Shown here: positions 30,081 to 49,312 of the stretch, piece after piece
Layout of the letters: each line of letters starts with the position of its first letter
Position numbering within the stretch: the stretch's first letter is position 1
Assembly: GCA_051294375.1 (NCBI GenBank)
Contig: CM119267.1
Coordinates: forward strand, 23,003,486 to 23,067,485
From: Paraspadella gotoi
Lineage: Eukaryota; Animalia; Chaetognatha
Length of the DNA: 64,000 nt
Reading direction: 5' to 3'
Program-made: the position numbers and the translations under genes
The notes under the pieces: generated by a model
Told to the model about the DNA's origin: nothing
Database searches by the model: none
What the model saw: the letters and a program-made list of their open reading frames with translations, nothing else

Positions 30081-31362
30081 TCAACATTCTTCCTCGACTT
30101 TCCTCTTTCGTGTCTTTGATTGAGGCGCGAAAATTCGATTCAGATCACGAGTTTTGTCGTTTTGTCCATTTTGATCTGGGACGGGAGTAAGATTGATCGT
30201 CAAAGAAAGCTTAAATTAGCTTATTAAGAAAATTCTTCTTTATTCTGCCTAAGCGTTTTGTTTTGTAATATGAACTTTTTGAGAAGAAACTAGAAAGTAA
30301 ATGTACAAAGTAGGTTTGTGAATCCCGGCATAATTTTAAAAACAACCATTGTGGACGAACAATTACAACACGCAACCTCGGTCAAAACTNNNNNNNNNNN
30401 NNNNNNNNNNNNNNNNNNNNNNNNNNNNNNNNNNNNNNNNNNNNNNNNNNNNNNNNNNNNNNNNNNNNNNNNNNNNNNNNNNNNNNNNNNNNNNNNNNNN
30501 NNNNNNNNNNNNNNNNNNNNNNNNNNNNNNNNNNNNNNNNNNNNNNNNNNNNNNNNNNNNNNNNNNNNNNNNNNNNNNNNNNNNNNNNNNNNNNNNNNNN
30601 NNNNNNNNNNNNNNNNNNNNNNNNNNNNNNNNNNNNNNNNNNNNNNNNNNNNNNNNNNNNNNNNNNNNNNNNNNNNNNNNNNNNNNNNNNNNNNNNNNNN
30701 NNNNNNNNNNNNNNNNNNNNNNNNNNNNNNNNNNNNNNNNNNNNNNNNNNNNNNNNNNNNNNNNNNNNNNNNNNNNNNNNNNNNNNNNNNNNNNNNNNNN
30801 NNNNNNNNNNNNNNNNNNNNNNNNNNNNNNNNNNNNNNNNNNNNNNNNNNNNNNNNNNNNNNNNNNNNNNNNNNNNNNNNNNNNNNNNNNNNNNNNNNNN
30901 NNNNNNNNNNNNNNNNNNNNNNNNNNNNNNNNNNNNNNNNNNNNNNNNNNNNNNNNNNNNNNNNNNNNNNNNNNNNNNNNNNNNNNNNNNNNNNNNNNNN
31001 NNNNNNNNNNNNNNNNNNNNNNNNNNNNNNNNNNNNNNNNNNNNNNNNNNNNNNNNNNNNNNNNNNNNNNNNNNNNNNNNNNNNNNNNNNNNNNNNNNNN
31101 NNNNNNNNNNNNNNNNNNNNNNNNNNNNNNNNNNNNNNNNNNNNNNNNNNNNNNNNNNNNNNNNNNNNNNNNNNNNNNNNNNNNNNNNNNNNNNNNNNNN
31201 NNNNNNNNNNNNNNNNNNNNNNNNNNNNNNNNNNNNNNNNNNNNNNNNNNNNNNNNNNNNNNNNNNNNNNNNNNNNNNNNNNNNNNNNNNNNNNNNNNNN
31301 NNNNNNNNNNNNNNNNNNNNNNNNNNNNNNNNNNNNNNNNNNNNNNNNNNNNNNNNNNNNNN

Positions 31363-34300
31363 CACTGGAGACTCCAAACGAATCATCAACTGATTCCGAC
31401 GACGCTGCCTCCTTCTCTTATGCAAACGCAGTCCGCCGACCGCCGCCGCGCTCAACGCAACGCCCTTTTTTGCAGCAGCGTCAACCGCAGCAACGCACAC
31501 AGCAGCAACGCCGCCCAATCTTGACGCCTCGCTCCCCTCCACATCGCGAACCGCCTATGGGCGAAGCTAAGTGCTTTTACCATTACAATTTCGGCTCCAA
31601 CGCCTTCAAATGTCACGGGACTAATCGCGACGGCCGGCCATGCCCAATGGCGCCGTCAAACGCCAACGCCGGCGGCCNNNNNNNNNNNNNNNNNNNNNNN
31701 NNNNNNNNNNNNNNNNNNNNNNNNNNNNNNNNNNNNNNNNNNNNNNNNNNNNNNNNNNNNNNNNNNNNNNNNNNNNNNNNNNNNNNNNNNNNNNNNNNNN
31801 NNNNNNNNNNNNNNNNNNNNNNNNNNNNNNNNNNNNNNNNNNNNNNNNNNNNNNNNNNNNNNNNNNNNNNNNNNNNNNNNNNNNNNNNNNNNNNNNNNNN
31901 NNNNNNNNNNNNNNNNNNNNNNNNNNNNNNNNNNNNNNNNNNNNNNNNNNNNNNNNNNNNNNNNNNNNNNNNNNNNNNNNNNNNTGGGAAAACGCGTCTT
32001 CCCTTATCTCGTCATCATCGCCGATGTCGCCACGCCCATACTCGGCGCCGATTTTTTGATGGAACATCATCTCGGCGTCGATCATCAACGCCGCATCCTC
32101 CTCGATCTTGACGACTACATGGTCATCTCCGGCCATGCCCACGACGCCGCCTCAGACGCGGCACCACCCCGCGTTCTGCACGTCCGCGACGCCTACTCCG
32201 CGCTTCTTGACGAGAGACCGGAACTAACCAAACTCGTCTTCAACTCGGCGCCGCCTAAGCACGGCGTCGAGCACCATATCCCGACAAAAGGCCCGCCTGT
32301 CTTCGCCCGCGCCCGCCGCCTCGCCCCCGATCAGCTCGCCGCCGCCAAGGCCGAGTTTCAGAAAATGGTAGAACTCGGGATCATCCGGCGCTCAACCTCC
32401 GCGTGGGCATCGCCGCTCCACGTCACACGGAAACCCGATGGTTCTCTTCGGCCGTGCGGCGACTATCGGCGCCTCAACGGCGTCACCGTCGACGACCGTT
32501 ACCCGATCCGCCATCTCATGGACTTCAACGCCGACGTCGCCGGGAAGACAGTCTNNNNNNNNNNNNNNNNNNNNNNNNNNNNNNNNNNNNNNNNNNNNNN
32601 NNNNNNNNNNNNNNNNNNNNNNNNNNNNNNNNNNNNNNNNNNNNNNNNNNNNNNNNNNNNNNNNNNNNNNNNNNNNNNNNNNNNNNNNNNNNNNNNNNNN
32701 NNNNNNNNNNNNNNNNNNNNNNNNNNNNNNNNNNNNNNNNNNNNNNNNNNNNNNNNNNNNNNNNNNNNNNNNNNNNNNNNNNNNNNNNNNNNNNNNNNNN
32801 NNNNNNNNNNNNNNNNNNNNNNNNNNNNNNNNNNNNNNNNNNNNNNNNNNNNNNNNNNNNNNNNNNNNNNNNNNNNNNNNNNNNNNNNNNNNNNNNNNNN
32901 NNNNNNNNNNNNNNNNNNNNNNNNNNNNNNNNNNNNNNNNNNNNNNNNNNNNNNNNNNNNNNNNNNNNNNNNNNNNNNNNNNNNNNNNNNNNNNNNNNNN
33001 NNNNNNNNNNNNNNNNNNNNNNNNNNNNNNNNNNNNNNNNNNNNNNNNNNNNNNNNNNNNNNNNNNNNNNNNNNNNNNNNNNNNNNNNNNNNNNNNNNNN
33101 NNNNNNNNNNNNNNNNNNNNNNNNNNNNNNNNNNNNNNNNNNNNNNNNNNNNNNNNNNNNNNNNNNNNNNNNNNNNNNNNNNNNNNNNNNNNNNNNNNNN
33201 NNNNNNNNNNNNCGCTGAAATCCAACCAGCGCAAATGGCCGCCTTTCGACAAAGAACTCCTCGCCGCCCACGCCTCAATCCGCCATTTCCGCCCATATGT
33301 TGAAGGACGCCGCTTCACACTCTTTAGCGACCATATCTCGCTCGTGCCGGCCCTGCGGAAGAAATCGGAGCCTCACACCATGAGGCAAACCTACCAATTG
33401 GCGGGAATCGCTGAATATACCGGCGACATTCGTCATATCGCCGGAAAAGCGAACGTCGTTGCCGACGCCCTTTCTCGCCCGCCAACAAAAGTGCCGCCTC
33501 CCCCGCCAGCGTTGACAGCATCGCCAATCCACGCAGATCAACCCGAGCCAATCTCAAATACGCAAAAAGCACGTGACGACATCGCTGCCACCGTCAACGC
33601 CGTCGGCGCCCTTCAAATTAACTTTGAGGCAATGGCGGCAGATCAAGCCGCCGACGAGGATGTCCAGCGCCTCCTCAATGACCCTCATACGGCACTCCGT
33701 CTAAAAAACGTTCCGATCTGCAACTCGACGCTCGTCTGCGACATTTCCGGCTCCCGGGCACGCCCACTCGTTCCGGCGTCATGGCGTCGACGCGTTTTCG
33801 ACGCCACCCATGGCATCGCTCACCCGGGAGTTCGCGCATCCAAAAAACTCGTAACCACGCGTTTCATATGGCCCTCCGCCTCCTCCGACGTTGCACGGTG
33901 GGCGGCGTCGTGCGACACGTGCCAGCGCGCGAAAACGCAGCGCCACATCCGCGCGCCGCTCCAACAATTTGAGCCGCCGGCCAAACGTTTTGCGCATGTG
34001 CATATCGACCTCGTTGGGCCGCTACCAGCTGTTTCCGGCCACACCCATCTCCTTACCATGATCGACCGATTTACTCGCTGGCCGGAAGCGGCGCCGCTCC
34101 GAGATACCTCCGCGGCCTCTGTCGCCGCCGCCTTCTTGCAAAACTGGGTCTCGAGATTCGGCGTCCCCTCCGTCGTCACCACCGATCGCGGCGCTCAATT
34201 CACATCGGAATTGTGGCGCCAAGTGGCTGCGGTAGTTGGTTTCGACCCCTCGACGACGACAGCCTACCACCCCCAATCCAATGGGATGGTCGAGCGTCTC

Positions 34301-34970
34301 CATCGAACGCTAAAAGCGGCCCTTCGCGCCCGCTGCGACGCCGCTGGAGAAAACTGGCTGTCACAACTCCCGTGGACACTGTTGAGCCTCCGCGCCACTC
34401 CGCGCGAAGATTCCGACACCTCTCCCGCAGAGCTGACGCTGGGCGAGACGCTGACACTCCCCAGCGAACTACTTCCGGTTCCAGCAACCGACGTCGACGC
34501 CGCCGCTCGCGCACAAATCCTCGATGACCTTCGAGCAGACGTTGCCCTCATGCAGCCTCTGCCGGCCGCTTGGCACGCGGCGCCACCCTCTCACATCCCG
34601 GAAACGCTAGCTGATGCCGACCGCGTCTACATCAGACGCGACGGCCACTCAACGCCGCTGCAGCCCCCGTACGATGGTCCTTACGTCGTGCGCGAACGAG
34701 GACCAAAAACTTTTAAAGTTGAGATTCCGGGACGAGGCGTGGAAGTTATCTCCGTCGACAGGCTCAAACCGGCCGTCACCGACGAAATCGCGCCCCCTGA
34801 TCCACCTCCGGCGCGCCCACGAGGCCGACCTCGACGATCCTCTGCACCTCCGCCCGCGCCCCCGTCTCCAGAAACGGAAGCGGCGCCACTCGCGTCTTCC
34901 ACGACGCCGCACGTCGCTCGACGTCAATCCTCTTCAATTCCCGGCCTTTTGAACATTCTTCCGACGATGC
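31363..34970 (+). mobile_element. Ty3/Gypsy LTR retrotransposon gag-pol, interrupted by N-gaps; LTRs not visible
   Basis: Gag knuckle CFYHYNFGSNAFKC...C; protease end IADVATPILGADFL; RT WASPLHVTRKPDGSLRPCGDYRRLN; RNase H PFDKELLA...FSDH; integrase HGIAHPG..CDTC, HIDLVGP, DRGAQF, ERLHRTLK; GPY/F motif PYDGPY. Domain order is PR-RT-RH-IN. Confidence 0.95.
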
Positions 34971-36455
34971 NNNNNNNNNNNNNNNNNNNNNNNNNNNNNN
35001 NNNNNNNNNNNNNNNNNNNNNNNNNNNNNNNNNNNNNNNNNNNNNNNNNNNNNNNNNNNNNNNNNNNNNNTTTTTTTTAAGTTTTTCATCGAAAGTTGAT
35101 AAGATTTTTTTTTATTTCCGCGGTGATAACAACGTTTTGAAGTAGTCGCTAATAAAAAAGAAAAATGGTAAAATTTTTTTCGAATACTCCTTTAAAATTT
35201 TTGGCTAAAACGATATAAGTTTAAAAGCGCTTTTTTTTTCTTTCCAGGGAATAGGTTTTGTCCCGAGAGAACAAAATGAACCGGGTGCCGAAGCCAATTT
35301 TTTTTTTTAATTTTAATATTTATTTATTTTTTTCTTTCTTTAATTTCGGTCAAATTTCGCGGTTTGGCGCCGATTCCAGGTTTCGCCCAGATTTTCAAAC
35401 AAAAAACTTTCGGTCCTTTTGTTTGTTTTTCATCTTCTAATTCGACTTTCCGACGAAAGAGGGACGTGAAAATTGATGAGTACAAACGAAGTAACAAGAA
35501 GTATAGCTAATTTTTGGCAAGGCTCACGATGGAAAGGTACAAATAACCACATTTTTAATTCAAAAAGTTAGTAGTTTTCTATTCTCTCTGTCTCCACCCA
35601 TTCCTTGGCAAACATTCTTTTTTTCATTTTTTTATTTTTTGAGGAGTAACGATAAACTTTTTTTATATTTTTATATGATTTTATTACATATAATATCATC
35701 ATTAGTAATGTTATTCTTTACTGTTAGTATTGCTCTTACTATTAGTGATTTCACTGTAATATAAAAATATAAAATAATAATAAAATAACTAATATGAAAA
35801 TCCCAGCAGCGATGTTCTTTTATTGATCAAAATTTCGATAGAGCGATCCTGGTGGAATTTAGAAGAATCTTCAATCCCGATATCAAGCTTACAAGCTTTG
35901 AAGTTTGAAGGAAAACTTTTTTCCTTGTTGCTGTTCTTTTAATAGTCAACAACCGGAAAAATGAGTGAAATTTTTCACAAAATCACGAAATCCTTGATAA
36001 GTTGTTAAGGAATTCGTTATAATTATGTTCGTATAATTATTATAATTATATTCTAATAATTATAATTCTAATATCTTACATTTACAAAATGTCTGTCATT
36101 TAAAATTTTAATAACTCATCTCCTTATGTTAACGACAACGATTACAATTGTGTTCAAAGGCGAAAAAAAAACCCCTGACTGAATTCAATTCTGCATCTTC
36201 GCTTATTTTTTCGAATCTGGGAGATAAAGTGGAGCTGAGTGGAGCTGGGTCAATGGGAGGAGTAGTAGTAGGAGCAGGAGTTTGGGTTATGGTAGACTGT
36301 GGAGAAAGGAGAAAGTGTAGGTTGGTTAGGATAGAGATAGAGTGCGATGGGGAAATGCGAATGGATTAACTGGTTGTGGATAAGGATTCGCGGGGTTGTT
36401 GAGCAGCGAGTCGAGGATTCTAGACTCAGATGTGCGGTTATGTGGGAGGAGAGAG

Positions 36456-36497
<42 letters not shown>

Positions 36498-38586
36498 TTC
36501 AGCGACTGAATGAAGCCGATCTGCTGATGCCTGGCAAGGGCTCTTGAAATCGACAAAGATTTAATTTTAAATTTAATTAATGTTTCTATTTACATATAAT
36601 GGTTAATGGTTTAACTCGTTTAAATAAAAGAAATCTAACTCGATTTCAGAAATACAATTTAATTATACAATATTATATTCCTAAATTTAAGAACAAATCT
36701 TCTCCATTTAACTTTTCACCGAATCGAAGCTAAAAATCGATCTCAGGTCTAACGATCGAAAACCACGCGGATTTTTCAACATCCTCCAACACACAACCCT
36801 GCAACATCTCGTCGACGATCCTTCGATCGCCGATTCGATCCCCAATTTTTTTCCCTTTCCTCTGCATCTTCCTCCTCCTATTCTTCCTCTTCCTCTTCCT
36901 CCACCTCCTCCCCCCACTTCCACGATCGCGAGCCGACGTGAGGCGAGAGGTTCGACCGAGGGATTCAACCACCGTTCGGTCCAGATCGAAAGACGCGAAA
37001 GAGACGATGAAAAAAAAGAATCTATTTTATATTCAACGAAAATCGCGGGAGAAGCAAAAATTACAAGAATTGCAAGAACAATTTACAAGAACAAATTACA
37101 AGAACAAGTTGAACGAAAGAACATTGTTTGAACTGAATTGGACTGAACGACATCGACAATTCGACGTGAGCGTCTAGCGGGAAAAAAATAATCACGAAAA
37201 AAGGAGAAATAAAAAAAAAGAACATCGTTTCAATAAATTCAAACGACGGAGCGGGTGAGTTTTGATATGTAAATTGAATGATACCTATTTTGTCAAATCC
37301 AATTTTGATATTTTTTAATAATTACAAACGTAGGCCTTAATCCGCCATAGCTCGTCCACAGTAAGGGGCAAGGCAGCTCATATATTGGATACATGGATAA
37401 TTTTATACAGGTTGTACCAATTTCACAAAAACTTTAGTTATTTTTTATTCTTTCCCGCTATTTGTTTATAATTTTATCAAGAAACGGTTGAATCACGACT
37501 CACTAATAAATTATTAGCCCTGATAAATTTGCCAAAACCAAAAATAAAATTTGCTGCGTTGCAATTTTTTTCAACAGAATCGGACCATACGGTCGCCATT
37601 GGCTCCTGCAATTAGCCGCAATATGGATTTGTAACATCACCAACTGCTTCAACGACAAAAAGATGGAGAGCCACACTTCAATAGTAGAGCTGAATGCGGT
37701 GATCAGCAGCTGAAGGAAAGACGGAAGAGGAGTCGGACTGGAGCTTTTTTCTGAGGGGAGAGGAGCCGGAGTAGGTAGAGCGGAGCATGAGGAGTAATTG
37801 GATCGATGTGGGGAAGAGGAGCGCATTAACTGATTGTCGGAGTCGAGAGAAAGGTGAAGGAGAGAAAAGAGAAGAAACTTTGAAAAGAGAGAATAACAGA
37901 AAAGAGAGGAGTTAAAGTGAAGGAGAAAAGTGTGGAGTCAGGAGTAAAAGTGTCACATTTTGGGTGAAGGAGTTGAACTGCGACGCTTCGAATCTGGAAA
38001 CCTCTATTTTGAAATGCCTATCTAGAAAACTCTCAGAAAATCTCCCGTTGAAAAAAAAAAGCTTTTCTAAAAAGCCTATCTGGAAACCTCTCATTGAAAA
38101 AAAGCTTCTCTAAGCAGCTCTTGAAACGGGTGTCCTCCTCACTGAAGACTCTGAAGACTTCAGAAAGCCTCTCCTGAATTCGGCTTCAATGCAAAACCGG
38201 AAAACCTTTTTTTTTCACTCATCGCCTTTCAACAGAGAGGCTCGATCGAATCAATGCAAACCTTTTTTTAAAGTTTGTTCGTTTGTTTTGAAAGTTTGTT
38301 CGTTTGTTTTCTATGTTGAAGTCCGATGTTGAATGTTGAATTTTGATGTTGAGGTATGTCAGAAAGCGGGAATGCTTGTAAGATTGATTGATCGATTGAT
38401 TGATTGAATAGTATGATATTTCGTCAAGGAAGGAGTTCGCTTTCGTCATTCGATAAAGCGAGCTCGCTCTCTTGAACTTCTTCGTTTTGCACATCGTGGT
38501 TTTGCACGAATGCACGATCGTTTTCTCTGACAGCCATTTCATTAATTTCTTTCCATTTTTGTCATTTTTATTTGGGCGTCTTATCG

Positions 38587-38626
<40 letters not shown>

Positions 38627-39527
38627 CTCCAGGATTTCTTCTCCACCCCTCTCCATTATTCAGTTCTTTATGCATCCAATGACTATTTCACGTCGCTCCT
38701 CTTCCTCATAATCGTTCTCTCTGTTCTCCTAACCGTTTCGGAGCAGAGAGGAAGTGAGACGACGACTTAGAGCGAGAGGAGACGATTTCTTTCGACCATT
38801 TTTACTTAAATTTGCCCCCCATAACATTTTTTCTTCTAACTTTCACCGAAAATTTTCACCTGTGACCGATGGAGTCTCTCTCTCTCTCTCTCTCTCTCTC
38901 CTCTCTCTTCTCTCTCTCTCCTCTCTCTCTCTTTCTCTCTCTCCTCTCTTCTCTCTCTCTCTCTCTCTTTCAACAAGGACTAAGGGTGTTACAAGGAGGA
39001 TACTCAAACTGAAAAAACCTTTATTTCTACATTGAATGGTTTTTTAAATTCTACTAACATAAAGTATGTTAAATAAAACATAAATGAAAATATCATTCTA
39101 ACCAACCCTGACCATACTTCAAAATAATTCTTCCCAACCGGCAAGATATAAAGTATATAACGATATTATTAAACAAATAAAACTTTATCGCGTCCATTAA
39201 ACGGAGAGAAGGATCTCCGCGTATTTATTCGAGGATGAAAGATAGATAGATAGATAGATAGAGAGAAGAGAGAGAGAGAGAGAGAGGAGAAGAGAGAAGA
39301 GAAGAGAGAGAGAGGAGAGAAGAGAGAGAGAGAAATTGGAAGAAGATGGCGGAGGCTTAACTGCAGCATCATCACGAAATCAAAGATGCAGGCGCTCACA
39401 TTTTCCGATTATCTATTATTAAGCAAAAAACATTAGTTGAGGATGTATGAGGAGAAAGAAGAGAGAGAAGAGAGAGAATGAGAGAAGAGAGAGAGAGAGA
39501 GGGAGAGAGAGAGAGAGAGAAGAAGAG

Positions 39528-39597
<70 letters not shown>

Positions 39598-39692
39598 GAG
39601 AGAGAGAGAGAGCGGGGGGGAGAGAGCTGAAATCTCTGCGAAGATCGAGGTTTTTTGCACGAGGGGAGGAGAGAGGGGGGAGAAATCAGTCC

Positions 39693-45632
<5,940 letters not shown>

Positions 45633-47227
45633 AGGACTTCCAGTATTCATCTGTTCTCACCCACCACAAAACTTCGTTCCATATTGATTTTGGTAAATTG
45701 GTAAGTTTCAATCCAAACGCTGCTATTATAATGATAATAATGATAACTAGTTAATTTTAGGCGATTTTCTATTTATTCATTCATTTATTCATATATTCAT
45801 TTATCTTATTCTATTTTTTTTGGTCAATTTTATTTTCACCCTAAACCCTATCTCCCATCTCACATCCAGCTTCTGACTGGTTCACCACCCATCGATTCTT
45901 GTTCTCCATCCGGATATTTTTATCTATATAAAAACAAATGCGGTCCTTCCCGTTGAAACATCGTCTCCGACAGAGAGCAGCAGCGGATAAAGTTCAAAGA
46001 AAGAAAAAAAAGAACAGCGGCTTCAGTCGATAATATATTTTGAATATGTTATTCTCGCTGAGCGTGTTGGTGCATATATGTCGGGTCATACGTGACGACG
46101 AACACACTCATATCACGCGCGTATGCATACTTAATAGTATGAAAAAACGAGCATATTTCCATGTGTTCTTTTTTTATATCATCGCAACGTGTTATTGTTA
46201 TTCTTTCTATTTCATACGACCGCTTTGGATTTTCGTTTTGAGATTTTATTATTGCAAAGCACTCTGAAAAAACGAACCAAAAATAGCATTCTTTAACTAA
46301 TTACAAGAATGGCTTTTACTTTTTACTTAAAGAAGTTTATTTTCTTACCTTTTAGTAATAATTTTATTTTCATTATATTTAGCGGCTCTTTTTCCGGCAT
46401 TTATTTATTATTTACCTAACGTACGAAGAAAAGAGCACAGATAAATAACTTTTCATCGATGATGATTACCTTGTACTGATTATTTTTGTATTCGCGCCCG
46501 TGGCTTAACATTTGATTTTGATGCGAGTTCAATTATTTTTAATCGAATTACTACTGTGGCAACTGATACTTATTATTTTTTAAATCTCGTCTCTCTTCTT
46601 TCTCCTTTAATTATAACTTTTTTTTTTTATCTGGATATCGGCGTCCAGCGTTTGTGCGTCGTCTTCGTCGTCGTCGTCCGACTCGGCGTTTACGTTACTC
46701 TGGTTTTTAACGAATCGAAAAGTCGGCGACGATGACGACGACGACGACTAATTTCCGTGGTTGTTCGCATTGTCGTCTGTGGGAGATTATTCTTTAGTAG
46801 CGGTACTACTATTTTTGTAGTATTATTGCAATTTATTTTCGAATAGAAAATAGCCCCACTAAAAAAAAAATTATTCACTTTTTTTTTCCTTGTCTGAATC
46901 ATTGTGGTCGTTATCATATTCCTTTGGTCTACACTAGATTTCGCTAAAAAAAACACACGATCGAAAATCCTACTATGTTCTATTGTTTCATCACGTTGTT
47001 GAATTTTAAAACTTGCAATAAAAAATGAGATAAAAACTTAGTTTCGAAGTTTTAATTTAAAATCAGACAATTTTAACAGTTAGTTACATTCTAATGAGAA
47101 GCAGTAAGAATTACCACATTCTAAAAGTAAAAAACTGGGATGAATTTGTACAACAAAAAGAAAAGTGGAAAATAGGGTTTAAAAATTCGAGAATGACAGT
47201 AATTTCCAAATTGTGGATCCCGCTGTG

Positions 47228-49054
47228 TCATCGAGGAGTCGGTGGCGGCGCTCTGACACCAGAAGAGGACCCGCTTTGTCTGCGACCGGTTCCATCAGAG
47301 CTTTGACCGGGATCGTCGGCTTCAGCGGCGGCGGCGCTGAGATCAGGATTCGACACAATGTCCCGAGAAAGGGACAAGCCGGAATCCGTTTCAGACGCGG
47401 CATCGACGCTCAACAAGCCAGAGGGACCAGTTCTAGAACCAGAAGAGCCGGGTCCGGGTCCGGGCAATCCGATTCCGCGTGCCGGTCCCCCGTAGGTGGG
47501 CGCCGGCGCTCCGAGTAACGGACCGGGTCCAACCGGATTGCCCGGAGGCGTGGCCGTGTATCCGGCGCCGCCCATTCGTTGAAGCGGCCTGTTGTTTCTG
47601 GGACGGGAGCCGCCGATGACGGGCAGGCTGAAGTTGCCGAGGTCTCCGTCGACCGAGAGTCTCGAAATGTCCGCCGCGGCCGCGCGCGCCCTCTCTGCAT
47701 TCGGTGCAGTCTCCTCCAATGGCGGCGATTCGACCGCGATCGCCGGAAGCGGCGACAGCTGCCGCGGCGGCGCGACGGAGGGAAAGAGAGCGCCGAGCGT
47801 TGGAAAGTAGGGACCGACGATGGGAGTCGGTAGCGGGGCCGAAGGTCGAAGCCGAACGGCGCTGCTGTCGGCTTGCGGCGCCCCAGGGCTGCGGCTACGC
47901 AGCGACTCGGGGAAGCTGGACGAAAAGGCTCGTCGGCGTTGCTCCGGCGGGATGGGGACAAGTTGCGGCGCGTCGAGTCTCGTGTTCCGAAAGTTGATGC
48001 GATAATATAACAGCGGAGGGTAGGAGTTCGAGCAGGGATATAGATCTGAATATCGATAAGGAGATGTCTGAACGACAGGGGTTGGCAGAGGATAGGTGGG
48101 TTTAGTCTCAGTGTCAGAACGCGCGGGTGATGCTTCTTGACGAGCTGCGCCCGATCGATGTCGAGCGGCGAGTGGGCGAGATCGTACTGCAACAGGACGC
48201 GATCTAGAAGCATCCGACCTTAACGGAAACAAGTTCTGACGAGGGCGGGCACCGCCTGACGAAGACGAAGAAGAGTTTGGTCCTTCCGCGTTCGGCTTCG
48301 ACGGAGATCTGTCCTCTCGAGAGCGACCCGCGCCTGACTTTGATGGGGACGGATCTGGCTGAGGTTCTTTTGCGTGTGCCTTTGATGGAGACTCGTCATT
48401 GGGAGAGAGAGTCGAGACTGATTTTGATGGGGACGGTGAAAGGTCAGGCCGAGATCCTTTCGCGCCGGATTTTGACTTGCGAGATCGGGGCGATTTGGTC
48501 TCGGATTTAGGCGAAGTGTCGGCGTGAAATTGAGCTAAATCGACGCGGTTATCGAGAGGGGGCGGTAAGACCTCCAGATTGCAGCGAACCACTCGCTTAA
48601 CATCAAAGGGCGGACTCTTTACTGGAGACTGAGTTGAGACTGAGCGATCGGGGTTTTCTCCCGATGCTTCCGCGTTTCTTCGAGGGGACAACGATCCACG
48701 GGGAGATTTTGCGTTCGGGGATCTCGCTGTGGCGTTTTGTCGACGATTAGGGGAGGTTTGGTCGGTCCTTGCGGGGCTTAGGCGTTCGGGAGCGGTGTTT
48801 TCGAGCACGAGAGAGTTCGGGCGCTCGGGGGCGGCGTTGTTACGGCGAGTTTCGGCGTTTTGCCGCAAAGTATTGGGATTTTCTATCGCATTTGACGTAT
48901 TTGAAGTTCCAGACGGGACTGGGTTGCTATTTGAAGTTTCGGATGCGGCGGGGGTGGCATTTGCAGTTTCGGGTGCGGCAGTGGCAGTGGCAGTGGCATT
49001 GGGATCTGGATCATTGGGTTCATTTTCGTCGCGTGGAGAATTGAAGCGCGGCAT
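47228..49054 (-). CDS. Uncharacterised 608-aa Pro/Ser/Arg-rich, probably disordered protein; single coding exon
   Basis: Long GC-rich ORF with ATG start, flanked by AT-rich DNA. A tttccag acceptor lies 13 nt upstream of the ATG. No recognisable domain. Confidence 0.6.
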   Translation of the reverse strand: MPRFNSPRDENEPNDPDPNATATATAAPETANATPAASETSNSNPVPSGTSNTSNAIENPNTLRQNAETRRNNAAPERPNSLVLENTAPERLSPARTDQTSPNRRQNATARSPNAKSPRGSLSPRRNAEASGENPDRSVSTQSPVKSPPFDVKRVVRCNLEVLPPPLDNRVDLAQFHADTSPKSETKSPRSRKSKSGAKGSRPDLSPSPSKSVSTLSPNDESPSKAHAKEPQPDPSPSKSGAGRSREDRSPSKPNAEGPNSSSSSSGGARPRQNLFPLRSDASRSRPVAVRSRPLAARHRSGAARQEASPARSDTETKPTYPLPTPVVQTSPYRYSDLYPCSNSYPPLLYYRINFRNTRLDAPQLVPIPPEQRRRAFSSSFPESLRSRSPGAPQADSSAVRLRPSAPLPTPIVGPYFPTLGALFPSVAPPRQLSPLPAIAVESPPLEETAPNAERARAAAADISRLSVDGDLGNFSLPVIGGSRPRNNRPLQRMGGAGYTATPPGNPVGPGPLLGAPAPTYGGPARGIGLPGPGPGSSGSRTGPSGLLSVDAASETDSGLSLSRDIVSNPDLSAAAAEADDPGQSSDGTGRRQSGSSSGVRAPPPTPR

Positions 49055-49144
49055 TTTGGTTTTTTTACTGGAAACGAAAAAAAATTAATCGTTTATTATT
49101 TGGTATAATAATCCTTTCTTTTTCGTTGTGTGAATTCTATTAGG

Positions 49145-49312
49145 AATTAGCGAAATTTGAGTTTGTACAACGATTTTATTTTGTATAGAAACGGCTTGAC
49201 ATTTAAGCCTTCGTTGGCGTTTAAATGCCGATGAAGGCTTGAATGTCAAGCCGAAATATGTCCGTTTTTATACAAAAATAAAATCGTTGTACAAACTCAA
49301 ATTTCGCTAATT
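49145..49312. repeat. Long imperfect inverted repeat, possibly an inverted Penelope pLTR remnant
   Basis: Outer arms aattagcgaaatttgagtttgtacaacgattttatt / aataaaatcgttgtacaaactcaaatttcgctaatt; inner arms cggcttgacatt..gccttc / gaaggc..aatgtcaagccg. Confidence 0.8.

Noticed and set aside
35071-39690. Search for myosin motor exons upstream of gene A
   Set aside because: No motor, converter or IQ1-like peptides seen in any frame I could read; only low-complexity sequence.
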